Virus record (IMG/VR): IMGVR_UViG_2718218211_000001
Location: 14,153 to 78,152 of that record
Length of the DNA: 64,000 nt
From: a virus
Taxonomy: Duplodnaviria > Caudoviricetes
Reading direction: 5' to 3' (one strand)
The notes below the pieces were generated by a model, which did no database searches, was not told where the DNA came from, and worked only from the letters and a program-made list of their open reading frames with translations. Positions within the stretch are counted from its first letter, which is position 1, and the number at the start of each line of letters is the position of its first letter. Positions 19,332 through 28,936 of the stretch are shown piece after piece. Both the position numbers and the translations under genes were made by a program.

Positions 19332-19679
19332 ATGGCGATTGAACATTTTAGCTGGCGGATCAAGGCATCCAGCCAGCCGACTCTGAAAAGTAAGGATACC
19401 ATCCGTACGGCGCAGTTTGGTGATGGCTATAAGCAGGTGTCAGGTGCCGGGCTGAATGATGAAACGCTCAGTTATGAGTTTTCATTTACCGGCGAACCGC
19501 AAACCGTCCGGGATATTTATGCTTTCCTGCGGCGCCATAAGACGAAATCATTTTCGTTTACCCCACCTGGCGGTGATCTTGCGCTGTGGCGCGTTGAGGC
19601 AGACAGCCTGCAGCGCGTCACCAAAAGCAAAACAGTGGAAACCGTATCAGCCACCTTTGAACAGGCGTTTGCACCATGA
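19332..19679 (+). CDS. Minor tail protein M
   Basis: AQFGDGYKQ...GLN, FTPPG. Confidence 0.85.
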   Translation: MAIEHFSWRIKASSQPTLKSKDTIRTAQFGDGYKQVSGAGLNDETLSYEFSFTGEPQTVRDIYAFLRRHKTKSFSFTPPGGDLALWRVEADSLQRVTKSKTVETVSATFEQAFAP

Positions 19680-20431
19680 GCTTAAACAGTGATTATCAGA
19701 AACTTGAGCCGGGCAATGTTGTCCGGCTTTTTGATGTCGATGGCACCGCATTCGGTGTTTCCGACGTTCTCCGCTTCCACGCCCACAATATTGCCCATAC
19801 TCCCGATGAAATTTCCGCTGCTGGTGGGGATGAAAATAAGCTACCGGCGAAATCGATCTGGTGGCAGGGACAGGAATATAAAGCCTGGCCCTGCCAGATA
19901 GAGGGTATTGAGACGGCGACAGATGGGACCTGCGCACAGCCAACGCTCTCGGTCGCTAACCTGGATAGTTCCATTACGGCGCTGTGTCTTGCTTATGATG
20001 ACTTGTTGCAGGCAAAGGTCACCGTTCATGACACGCTGGCGCAGTATCTGGATGAGAAAAACTATCCGGAGGGAAACCCTTCGGCGGATCCGCAGCAGGA
20101 AAAGCTGAAGGTGTTTTACATTGACGCCAAGAGCACTGAAACCAACGAGGTGGTGGCGTTTACGTTGTCCAGTCCGATGGATCTGCAGGGGCTGATGATC
20201 CCGACACGCCAGCTACATTCACTTTGTACCTGGTGTATCCGGAACAAATACCGCTCCGGTGATGGATGCGACTATGCCGGAACGCACTATTTCGACAAGC
20301 ACAACAACCCGGTTAACGATCCGTCACTCGATGAATGCCCCGGTACACTCACTGCGTGCAAGTTACGACATGGCGAGGGGAACGAGTTGCCGTTCGGTGG
20401 TTTCCCTGGCACATCCCTGATCAGGAGTTGA
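19676..20431 (+). CDS. Minor tail protein L
   Basis: C-terminal Cys cluster and PFGGFPG. Confidence 0.9.
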   Translation: MSLNSDYQKLEPGNVVRLFDVDGTAFGVSDVLRFHAHNIAHTPDEISAAGGDENKLPAKSIWWQGQEYKAWPCQIEGIETATDGTCAQPTLSVANLDSSITALCLAYDDLLQAKVTVHDTLAQYLDEKNYPEGNPSADPQQEKLKVFYIDAKSTETNEVVAFTLSSPMDLQGLMIPTRQLHSLCTWCIRNKYRSGDGCDYAGTHYFDKHNNPVNDPSLDECPGTLTACKLRHGEGNELPFGGFPGTSLIRS

Positions 20432-20432
20432 T

Positions 20433-21143
20433 ATGCGTCAGAAAATTATCGACGCCATTATGGAGCATGCTGCTGCTGAATATCCGCGCGAATGCTGCGG
20501 CGTGGTGGTGCAAAAAAGCAGGGTGCAGCGGTACATTCCCTGCCGTAATCTGGCAACCGATCCGACAGAGCATTTCCACCTGTCACCGGAAGATTATGCC
20601 GCTGCCGAAGACTGGGGAACAGTGATTGCCATTGTTCACAGCCACCCGGACGCAACGACACAGCCGAGCGAACTGGATAAAGCGCAATGTGATGCAACGC
20701 TCTTACCCTGGCACATCATCAGCTGGCCAGATGGGGATCTGCGTACCATCCAGCCGCGCGGTGAACTGCCGCTACTGGAGCGTCCGTTTGTGCTCGGCCA
20801 TTTCGATTGCTGGGGTCTCATAATGAGCTACTTCAGGCAGACGCATGGTATAGAACTGACGGATTACCGCGTGGATTATCCCTGGTGGGAGGATAGTTAC
20901 CCCGAAAATTTCTACCACGATTGCTGGTATGAATGCGGATTCCGAGAATTCAGTGGCGTACCGCAGCCAGGTGATATGGTTATCATGCAGGTCCAAGCTA
21001 ATAAGTGGAACCATGCAGGGATCCTACTGGAAGGTAACATGTTACTCCACCATCTTTATGGCCATTTGAGCCAGCGTGTGCCTTATGGTGGATACTGGCA
21101 GGAACGCACGATGAAGGTACTACGCTATAAATCTCTGTGCTAA
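20433..21143 (+). CDS. Tail assembly protein K (JAB + NlpC/P60)
   Basis: HSHP, DCWGL and NHAGI motifs. Confidence 0.9.
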   Translation: MRQKIIDAIMEHAAAEYPRECCGVVVQKSRVQRYIPCRNLATDPTEHFHLSPEDYAAAEDWGTVIAIVHSHPDATTQPSELDKAQCDATLLPWHIISWPDGDLRTIQPRGELPLLERPFVLGHFDCWGLIMSYFRQTHGIELTDYRVDYPWWEDSYPENFYHDCWYECGFREFSGVPQPGDMVIMQVQANKWNHAGILLEGNMLLHHLYGHLSQRVPYGGYWQERTMKVLRYKSLC

Positions 21144-21172
21144 CCTTTTGCAAAACAAAAGGGGATAGGGAT

Positions 21173-21514
21173 ATGAAAAAAGCATTATTGGCCTTTTCTT
21201 TGTTAACCATGGCTGGATGTTCGAGCATGCAGGATCTCCGAAAAGAGCCAGCGTCAAATTCTTATCAGTCGAAGAAACAAATTGACGCGGTGGCTGAATG
21301 CATACTCGGTGGCTGGCAAGAAGAAAGCCAAAAATATGGAAGCGTTTTTATTCAGCCTTATGACGGTGGTAAAACTGTTTTTACACAATCTCAACTTGAG
21401 ATGGTTGATTTAATATCGGACGGTGGAATTACCAAGATAGAATTTCGTCATCAAGGTGGCCTGTTCGCTTATCGAATCAACAGCCGGATTAAAGTAATAG
21501 AACGCTGTATCTAA
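21173..21514 (+). CDS. Lipoprotein moron between K and I
   Basis: MKKALLAFSLLTMAGC lipobox; terminator AACCCGC-ttcg-GCGGGTT follows. Confidence 0.8.
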   Translation: MKKALLAFSLLTMAGCSSMQDLRKEPASNSYQSKKQIDAVAECILGGWQEESQKYGSVFIQPYDGGKTVFTQSQLEMVDLISDGGITKIEFRHQGGLFAYRINSRIKVIERCI

Positions 21515-21557
21515 CCAAGACTTAACCCGCTTCGGCGGGTTTTTTTATGGTGAGAAT

Positions 21558-22163
21558 ATGAAAGAAATAATGACAACAATTCAGCTAGGCGGAGTGTTAG
21601 GAAAGACCTTCGGTAGAACCCATCAACGACTGATAGCGCGAACTGGTGAAGCTGCTATTGCTCTAAGTAAAACATTACCCGGTTTTGAAAGTTTCATGAT
21701 CAGCAGTAAGCGTCGCGGGTTAACTTTCGCAGTGTTTAAAGGAAAAAGGAATATCGCTGCAGATGAGATGGGGTTTCCCTCTGAAGGTGACGTAGTAAGG
21801 ATCATGCCTGTAATTATCGGTAGTAAACGCGCTGGTATTTTTCAGACCATATTAGGAGCGGTTTTGATAACTACGGCTGTCTTTGTTTCTGGCGGCGTTG
21901 GCGCTGCGTTCGCTGCTGGTGGCTTGACTGGGTTTGCTGCTGCCACTGGTGCATCGTTGGTCCTCGGCGGGGTAATTCAGCTTCTTTCACCGCAGCCATC
22001 CGGCATAGCCAGCAAACAAGGTGCAGACAACCGGGCTTCGTATGCGTTCGGAGGAGTAACCAATACAGCGGCGCAGGGATATCCCGTCCCCCTAGGGTAT
22101 GGTAAGCGTCGAATTGGTGGGGCGATTATTTCTGCTGGGATATACGTCGAAGATCAGCAGTAA
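21558..22163 (+). CDS. Tail assembly protein I
   Basis: LGGVLGKTFGR...NTAAQGYPVPLGYG. Confidence 0.9.
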   Translation: MKEIMTTIQLGGVLGKTFGRTHQRLIARTGEAAIALSKTLPGFESFMISSKRRGLTFAVFKGKRNIAADEMGFPSEGDVVRIMPVIIGSKRAGIFQTILGAVLITTAVFVSGGVGAAFAAGGLTGFAAATGASLVLGGVIQLLSPQPSGIASKQGADNRASYAFGGVTNTAAQGYPVPLGYGKRRIGGAIISAGIYVEDQQ

Positions 22164-22216
22164 GAAAAAATTCTTTTCTCAGGCTACCTCAGGGTGGCTT
22201 TTTTTATGGGCGCGAT

Positions 22217-25200
22217 ATGGCTTTAGCAACCACGATTAAAGGCCGCAAGGGCGGCAGTTCCAGTTCCCGAACCCCAACCGAACAGCCAGATGATCTGCAG
22301 TCGGTAGCGAAGGCAAAAATACTCGTAGCGCTGGGAGAAGGTGAGTTCGCAGGACAGTTGACTGGCAAGGATATTTATCTGGATGGTACCGCGCTTGAGA
22401 ATGCGGATGGCTCGCAGAATTTTAGTGGCGTAGTGTGGGAGTTCCGTTCAGGGACGCAGGCGCAGAATTACATTCAGGGTATCCCTGGTACTGAAAATGA
22501 GATTAATGTTGGCTCTGAGGTTTCAAGTGCAACAGCATGGACACGCACCTTTACCAATTCCCAGCTTTCAGCCGTTCGTCTGCGCCTGAAATGGCCATCG
22601 TTATTTAAGCAGGAAGATAACGGCGATCTGGTTGGGTATTCCGTCAATTATGCGATAGATCTGCAGACCGATGGTGGTACGTGGCTGACCGTTCTGAATA
22701 CCAGCGTAACCGGGAAAACCACCTCAGGCTACGAACGCAGCCACCGTATTGATTTACCACAGGCTGGCAGTACCTGGACAATCCGGTTACGTAAGATTAC
22801 CGCTGACGCAAACAGCGCGAAGATCGGTGACAAAATGACGCTGCAGAGCTTCACGGAAGTGATTGACGCCAAATTACGTTATCCGAATACCGCTCTGCTT
22901 TACATCGAGTTCGACTCAAGCCAGTTCAATGGCTCTATCCCGCAGATTTCCTGCGAGCCAAAAATGCGCGTGATCCGTGTGCCGGATAATTATGATCCTG
23001 AAACGAGGACTTACAGCGGTACATGGCAAGGGGCGTTTAAATGGGCCTGGACCGATAACCCGGCGTGGATATTTTACGATCTGGTGATTACCGATCGCTT
23101 TGGTCTGGGTAATCGCCTGAGTGCAGCCAATATCGATAAATGGACGTTATACCAGGTATCGCAGTATTGCGATCAGCCGGTACCGGATGGAAAGGGTGGA
23201 AGCGGGACAGAGCCACGCTATACCTGTAACGTCTATGTTCAGGACAGGAATGACGCTTACACTGTGCTGCGTGACTTTGCGGCTATATTCCGGGGTATGA
23301 CGTACTGGGGCGGCGATCAGATTGTTGCGCTTGCCGATATGCCAAGAGATGTGGATTACGCTTACACCCGCGCTAACGTTATCGATGGACGCTTTACCTA
23401 TTCCAGCAGCACTTCGAAAACGCGCTATACCACAGCGCTGGTTTCCTGGTCTGATCCGGGTAACGCCTATGCGGATGCGATGGAGCCGGTGTTTGAGCAG
23501 CCTCTGGTGGCCCGGTACGGATTTAATCAGCTGGAAATGACAGCCATCGGCTGCACCCGGCAATCAGAAGCGAACCGAAAGGGGCGCTGGGGTATTCTCA
23601 CCAACAACAAGGATCGCGTTGTTTCGTTTGATGTTGGCCTGGACGGAAACATTCCGCAGCCGGGATACATCATCGCCGTGTCAGACGAGCTTCTGTCCGG
23701 CAAAGTTATGGGCGGCCGCATCAGTGCTGTTAACGGTCGCGTGATTAAACTTGACCGCGTAGCTGATGCAGCAGCAGGCGATCGCCTTATTCTCAATCTT
23801 CCCTCCGGTGCGTCACAGAGCAGGACTATTCAGGCGGTTAACGGGGAATCAGTCACAGTCACCACGGCATACAGTGAGACACCACAGGCCGAAGCTGTAT
23901 GGGTGGTTGAGTCAGATGAACTCTACGCCCAGCAGTATCGTGTTGTCAGTGTCTCCGATAACAATGATGGTACCTTCTCGATTGCCGGCGCATGGCACGA
24001 TCCGGATAAATATGCCCGTATCGATACCGGAGCCATCATTGACCAGCGGCCGGTGAGTGTAATCCCACCGGGTAACCAGTCGCCGCCTGCGAACATCGTG
24101 ATCAGCTCGTTTTCAGTGGTTCAGCAGAATATCAGCGTCGAAACCATGCGGGTGAGCTGGGACCAGGCGCAGAATGCTATCGCGTATGAGGCACAATGGC
24201 GCCGCAATGACGGTAACTGGGTTAACGTGCCGCGCAGCTCCACCACGTCATTTGATGTATCGGGTATTTATGCCGGGCGCTACCTCGTGCGTGTGCGCGC
24301 TATTAATGCCTCTGAAATCTCCTCTGGCTGGGGCTACTCCGAAGAGAAAACGCTGACGGGCAAGGTGGGAAATCCGCCGAAACCTGTCGGCTTTGCGACA
24401 ACGCCGATCAACTGGGGGATTCGCCTGAACTGGGGATTCCCGGCTAACACCGGGGACACGCTGAAAACGGAAATTCAGTACACCGCGAACAGTGATTTCT
24501 CAAATCCTCTGCTGTTGTCTGATGTGCCTTATCCTTCTGCCGAATACACTCAACTGGGATTAAAAGCGGGGCAGGAATTCTGGTACCGCGCGCAGCTGGT
24601 AGACAGAACGGGTAATGAATCCGGCTGGACCGACTGGGTTCGTGGTGAATCTAATGCGAATGCTGACGACTACCTGGGCGATATTGCTGATGACTTCCTG
24701 ACGTCTGCCGACGGTGACCGCCTGACAAGCGACATTGATACCAACCTGGAAGCCGCATTGCAGAATGCGCTGGCCAACCATGGAACGGTAGAACATCAGT
24801 GGGCGCAGTACGGCGAAGTACGCGCGGATATTCTGGTGGTTAAAACGACCATAGCGCAGGTCGATAAGGCTATGGCTGAAATGTCCACGCAGGTGCAGGC
24901 GCAGTTCAATGATGTGACTGCCGCGCTGGAAGATAAGCTCACCGCTGTGGTTGACGCGACCGGGGCATCTGCAATTTACACCCTTAAAACCGGGGTTCGA
25001 ATAAACGGTGTGATGTATAACGCCGGGATGTCGATCGCGGTGCTGGCGGAAGCGGGTAAGCCGGTAGTCACCCGCGTCGGGTTTAACGCCAACCAGTTCG
25101 TTCTGATGAGCGGCAGCGGCAATACGCAATATTCTCCCTTTGCCGTTATCAATGGGCAGGTATTTATCAGCGATGCGTTTATTCAGAATGGCAGTATTAC

Positions 25201-25420
25201 CAATGCCAAAATTGGTAATTTTATCCAGTCGAATAACTTTGTTGCGGGTTCAGCAGGCTGGCGCATTGATAAAAATGGAAACGCTGAATTACATGGCAAA
25301 CTTTACGCTGACAGTGGCCAGTTTGCCTTTAACGGTGAAAACAACACGGTTGTTATAAATGGCAGTGGCGTCACGGTAAATCTACCGGGTGGCGGGCGCG
25401 TTGTCGTCGGGAGGTGGTGA
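22217..25420 (+). CDS. Central tail tip / host specificity protein J
   Basis: KGRKGG N-terminus, WTDNPAW, Fn3 repeats, ITNAKIGNFIQSNNF. Confidence 0.95.
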   Translation: MALATTIKGRKGGSSSSRTPTEQPDDLQSVAKAKILVALGEGEFAGQLTGKDIYLDGTALENADGSQNFSGVVWEFRSGTQAQNYIQGIPGTENEINVGSEVSSATAWTRTFTNSQLSAVRLRLKWPSLFKQEDNGDLVGYSVNYAIDLQTDGGTWLTVLNTSVTGKTTSGYERSHRIDLPQAGSTWTIRLRKITADANSAKIGDKMTLQSFTEVIDAKLRYPNTALLYIEFDSSQFNGSIPQISCEPKMRVIRVPDNYDPETRTYSGTWQGAFKWAWTDNPAWIFYDLVITDRFGLGNRLSAANIDKWTLYQVSQYCDQPVPDGKGGSGTEPRYTCNVYVQDRNDAYTVLRDFAAIFRGMTYWGGDQIVALADMPRDVDYAYTRANVIDGRFTYSSSTSKTRYTTALVSWSDPGNAYADAMEPVFEQPLVARYGFNQLEMTAIGCTRQSEANRKGRWGILTNNKDRVVSFDVGLDGNIPQPGYIIAVSDELLSGKVMGGRISAVNGRVIKLDRVADAAAGDRLILNLPSGASQSRTIQAVNGESVTVTTAYSETPQAEAVWVVESDELYAQQYRVVSVSDNNDGTFSIAGAWHDPDKYARIDTGAIIDQRPVSVIPPGNQSPPANIVISSFSVVQQNISVETMRVSWDQAQNAIAYEAQWRRNDGNWVNVPRSSTTSFDVSGIYAGRYLVRVRAINASEISSGWGYSEEKTLTGKVGNPPKPVGFATTPINWGIRLNWGFPANTGDTLKTEIQYTANSDFSNPLLLSDVPYPSAEYTQLGLKAGQEFWYRAQLVDRTGNESGWTDWVRGESNANADDYLGDIADDFLTSADGDRLTSDIDTNLEAALQNALANHGTVEHQWAQYGEVRADILVVKTTIAQVDKAMAEMSTQVQAQFNDVTAALEDKLTAVVDATGASAIYTLKTGVRINGVMYNAGMSIAVLAEAGKPVVTRVGFNANQFVLMSGSGNTQYSPFAVINGQVFISDAFIQNGSITNAKIGNFIQSNNFVAGSAGWRIDKNGNAELHGKLYADSGQFAFNGENNTVVINGSGVTVNLPGGGRVVVGRW

Positions 25421-25421
25421 T

Positions 25422-26381
25422 ATGCCGGAAGGAATATTGATAGATTATAATGATGGTCGGCCTGCGATGGCGATTACGGCTGGGCTCCGTGCCCCGTCAT
25501 TTTGCACAAGTTTTGCTGGTTACGGTACGGGGGCAAACCAGTTTCAGGTTAATACTCCATTAACATCAGGATCCACAGTTTTTGTTTTACCAACACGTCC
25601 GGTTGATATTCAGGAGTTCGTAGACAATCAGACATGGATAGTTTTACCGATATATATGACATCAGTAACCAGAAATGGTGATAGTGGAGTCACTATTAAC
25701 GGAACTAACAAGGGAAATTACCAAAGAATACCAAACTGGGCAGGAACTGTATTTGAAATACTCCCGGCAGCCACCTATAACGAAGGACTTCTGGTTTCTG
25801 ATTCCACTGACTTCACAGCAATTTCAAACCGCGCCAGCCTGATGACATGTGCATATTCCGGAACAGTTACAGTCAATGACTCGATGGCGCTTCCTGTGTC
25901 TGGTATACCATTCGGGAAGTGGAATAATAATAATGTATCAGTAGGTTTTGACGGAGCAAATCTCATTGTCAGAGATATCAATTATTCCGGACGAGATGAT
26001 GTTGCGGCATCGGTAACAATGGAACTCGTTATATTTAATAACACGGCACCAGTAGCAGGTGATGGCATTACTATGATCAATCCATCAGGACAGGTTACGT
26101 TCTCTACAGTGAAGCGCCCATTTGTATATGACCAGCAACTAACGGTAACAGACAATAATCAATACATAGGTGATAAATATTGTCAGATAGTATTCACTGG
26201 CGCACAGTCAAGACGAGTGGATGGATATTTTAATATAAGGAAAAAAGGCGTGGTAATGTCAGGTGGAAACATCCGTTCAGCGTATAACCAGGTTGTTGGT
26301 AATTATAATGATAACAGATTTGATATGTCATTTAATCAAAATATCAATATGCCAATTCTTGTCCTTCCGGATATGTATTGA
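25422..26381 (+). CDS. Tail tip accessory protein (DUF6453-like)
   Basis: MPEGILIDYNDGRPAMAITAGLRAPSFC directly after J. Confidence 0.6.
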   Translation: MPEGILIDYNDGRPAMAITAGLRAPSFCTSFAGYGTGANQFQVNTPLTSGSTVFVLPTRPVDIQEFVDNQTWIVLPIYMTSVTRNGDSGVTINGTNKGNYQRIPNWAGTVFEILPAATYNEGLLVSDSTDFTAISNRASLMTCAYSGTVTVNDSMALPVSGIPFGKWNNNNVSVGFDGANLIVRDINYSGRDDVAASVTMELVIFNNTAPVAGDGITMINPSGQVTFSTVKRPFVYDQQLTVTDNNQYIGDKYCQIVFTGAQSRRVDGYFNIRKKGVVMSGGNIRSAYNQVVGNYNDNRFDMSFNQNINMPILVLPDMY

Positions 26382-26391
26382 GGAAATATTC

Positions 26392-27573
26392 ATGTCAGCA
26401 GGAACCTTAACCCTTAACAATAACTCAGCCTCGGTTGCCGGAACTGACACCACTTTCACCACTGAGTTAGCAGCAGGTGATTTTATTGTGGTTGTCGTGG
26501 GTGGTGTGCCTTACACACTTCCTGTGCTGGAAGTTAACAGCAATACACGACTGACACTGGTCAGTAATTACACAGGACCGCGAGCGACAGGAGCCGCATG
26601 GTCTTCCGTTCCCCGCGTGGCATTAAATATGGTTACTGCCGCGTTGGTAGCACAAAGTGCCGAGGCGCTACGTGGTCTGAATTATGACAAGCAAAACTGG
26701 CAGCAGTTTTTCAGTGCTGACGGTGATGTAACGATCACACTGCCTGACACCAGTCAGACGACAGGTCCATCAGCGAAAAAGTTAATTAGTAGTGTGGCCA
26801 ATAAAGCAGATAAGGTTAATGGCGTTGTTCCGAAAGAGCAGGGCGGTACCGGACTTTCTCAACCATTTGGCGATAAAGCGGGACAATTTTGCCAGGGCAA
26901 TGACTCCCGGCTCAATTCTGTTAATGGAAAGGCTGGGGGAAAAATAACATCAACGATATCAGTGATCGGAGAAAATAAGGCAGTAAAAGAGACAGCTTCT
27001 GAACCCGATAATGGTGTGACGCTTAACGGCGCGTCGGTTCTTTCCGTGCATAATATTGCCGGGGTTGACCGGGCTGTAGCGAGCATTGAGGCGCGATACC
27101 AGTGGGGGCAACCCGTCTCCGACGCATATATCAATTGCGGATTGCTCTCTGCGCAAGGAGGATGGGTCTCAGGATCATCGTATCGATTTAGTGGCAGTGG
27201 AGATGCGACCGCCCCTGGCTCCTGGGTCAATGGCGCCTCAGACGTACGCGTTAAGCTTAATGTGAAGCCCATTGAAAACCCCAAATCGACCATGCGTAAG
27301 ATAACGGCGGCGACCTGGAATCTTGACATTAAGGGGCAGGAAGGCAGATTCGGCATTGGTGTTCTTGCCAACGGTCTTTATGATGATTACCCGGAAGCAT
27401 CAATAAATGTAGGCGATAAAGAATTGTCTGACGGCACGATTATAAGTGATGTTCTTTCTGTGCAGGCTGGTGATTCTGGGGTACTGGCTGCGGTTCATCA
27501 TGCAACGATACTTGAGTTGATGGATGACGTGGATGAGCTTAAAAAAATAATTTTATCTTTAAAGTCAAAATAG
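26392..27573 (+). CDS. Side tail fibre with C-terminal intramolecular chaperone (S74-like)
   Basis: MSAGTLTL N-terminus; SDVRVKLNVKPI autocleavage motif and terminal coiled coil. Confidence 0.8.
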   Translation: MSAGTLTLNNNSASVAGTDTTFTTELAAGDFIVVVVGGVPYTLPVLEVNSNTRLTLVSNYTGPRATGAAWSSVPRVALNMVTAALVAQSAEALRGLNYDKQNWQQFFSADGDVTITLPDTSQTTGPSAKKLISSVANKADKVNGVVPKEQGGTGLSQPFGDKAGQFCQGNDSRLNSVNGKAGGKITSTISVIGENKAVKETASEPDNGVTLNGASVLSVHNIAGVDRAVASIEARYQWGQPVSDAYINCGLLSAQGGWVSGSSYRFSGSGDATAPGSWVNGASDVRVKLNVKPIENPKSTMRKITAATWNLDIKGQEGRFGIGVLANGLYDDYPEASINVGDKELSDGTIISDVLSVQAGDSGVLAAVHHATILELMDDVDELKKIILSLKSK

Positions 27574-27796
27574 CAATTATCAGCCACATTGAGGCTATCA
27601 ATTTAAACATTGAAGAAACAAATTACTTAACTTCAGGCCAGAAGAGTGTGATGCCTTTCTTGTGATATGAATTGCCGCAACCACACCGTATGCAAGAGCA
27701 TGATTGCGGCCGACTGGCGAACGTTCGATAGTGCGAGTATTGAATGATTGCCAGTCACGGCGGATTGTACTTAAGCAATATTACGGTTCAAGGCGT

Positions 27797-28039
27797 TTAA
27801 TCTGAAACCAGCCACATATCAGCCTCTTCAAACATTTCCTGAACAGTACGGCTTATCTGTTCCTTCTCGTGCTTGCTGGCGTCAGTGTTGATCGCCGGCA
27901 ATGTCATCATCGGTTTAACCCGGACATCAGCGTCGGGGAAAATCCGGTGAACCCTCCTGGTCAATTCGCCCAGAATGATATCTTTTGCACCGGGCAGACC
28001 ATCAAAATTCCTTTTGTCATAAACGAGTTCCACGAACAT
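27797..28039 (-). CDS. DinI family protein
   Basis: MFVELVYDKRN...VQEMFEEADMW; LexA box upstream. Confidence 0.85.
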   Translation of the reverse strand: MFVELVYDKRNFDGLPGAKDIILGELTRRVHRIFPDADVRVKPMMTLPAINTDASKHEKEQISRTVQEMFEEADMWLVSD

Positions 28040-28056
28040 TGCTTATCGCCTCTTTG

Positions 28057-28072
28057 CTGGATATATATACAG
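28057..28072. promoter_or_regulatory. LexA (SOS) box between divergent dinI-like and umuD-like units
   Basis: CTGGATATATATACAG = CTG-N10-CAG; weaker second site at 28081-28096. Confidence 0.9.
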
Positions 28073-28114
28073 TATTTATACTGTGTTTTTATCCGGTATT
28101 CAAGAGAGGGCGTA

Positions 28115-28357
28115 ATGATGCCACGACGCAGCGATATTGAAATAGCCTGGTATGCTTCGATACAGCAGGAACCAAATGGCCGGAAGACCGTCACCACACA
28201 GCGGTTTGTCCAAGAACTGAGCAAGGTTAACTGGAACTGGACAATGAAGCAGGCCAACGAATGGATCGAGTGGTATGTGACAACCTTCCGCGATGTATCA
28301 ACGCAGGAAGGCGAGAACCGTACCTTTCAGCTGTTCAATCCAAATGGAGGACTGTAA
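28115..28357 (+). CDS. Small phage protein upstream of umuD'-like gene
   Basis: GAGAGG RBS, 80 aa, coupled to next gene. Confidence 0.65.
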   Translation: MMPRRSDIEIAWYASIQQEPNGRKTVTTQRFVQELSKVNWNWTMKQANEWIEWYVTTFRDVSTQEGENRTFQLFNPNGGL

Positions 28358-28359
28358 CC

Positions 28360-28749
28360 ATGGGCTTCCCTTCACCTGCGGCAGATTATGTTGAAGCACG
28401 AATTTCCCTCGATCAGCAGCTAATCAGCCAGCCAGCAGCGACTTATTTCATGCGGGCATCGCGTTCACATTTCAGGGAAGGGATAATCCAGGGGGCGCTG
28501 CTTGTTGTTGATGCGTCACTTTCTCCCTGTGATGGCTCGCTGCTGATATGCGCGATAGACGGGGAATTCAGGATCAAGCGATATCGGACTCATCCTCAGC
28601 CCCACCTGGTTAATCTGGAGAACGGGAGAAGGGAGGCGCTGCCAGCAGATTATGACGGTTACAGTTCTGCGCCCGCTATATTCGGAGTGATCACGTACAT
28701 CATTAATGATGCCAGGAACGCGGAGTTTGATGACTGCCCGGTGATGTGA
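28360..28749 (+). CDS. UmuD'/HumD-like S24 family protein
   Basis: Starts MGFPSPAADYVE; LLVVD and IFGVITY motifs. Confidence 0.85.
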   Translation: MGFPSPAADYVEARISLDQQLISQPAATYFMRASRSHFREGIIQGALLVVDASLSPCDGSLLICAIDGEFRIKRYRTHPQPHLVNLENGRREALPADYDGYSSAPAIFGVITYIINDARNAEFDDCPVM

Positions 28750-28879
28750 ATAGTTGAAACTTTGCGGTAAAGTCGATGTTTTGAGTCGGGGTTTTTCCCC
28801 AATTATTCCCCGTTGCTTCCCCGTTCAGAAAACAGGCATAAAAAAACCAGCCGTAACAGGCTGGTTCTTCGAGGATTTT

Positions 28880-28924
28880 TGGTCGGCACGAGAGGATTTG
28901 AACCTCCGACCCCCGACACCCCAT
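28880..28924 (-). tRNA. 3' half of tRNA-Pro(GGG) (proL-like), att core; not a complete tRNA
   Basis: Minus strand ATGGGGTGTCGGGGGTCGGAGGTTCAAATCCTCTCGTGCCGACCA, from anticodon loop to CCA; terminator about 28842-28868. Confidence 0.9.
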
Positions 28925-28936
28925 ATTTGCGATAAG

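Larger units (their letters stand above)
1..28924 (+). mobile_element. Lambdoid (siphovirus) prophage, right part; left end lies outside the window
   Basis: Colinear rusA-ant-Q-lysis-cos-terminase-portal-capsid-tail-J-fibre order, ending at a tRNA-Pro 3' fragment. Confidence 0.95.
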
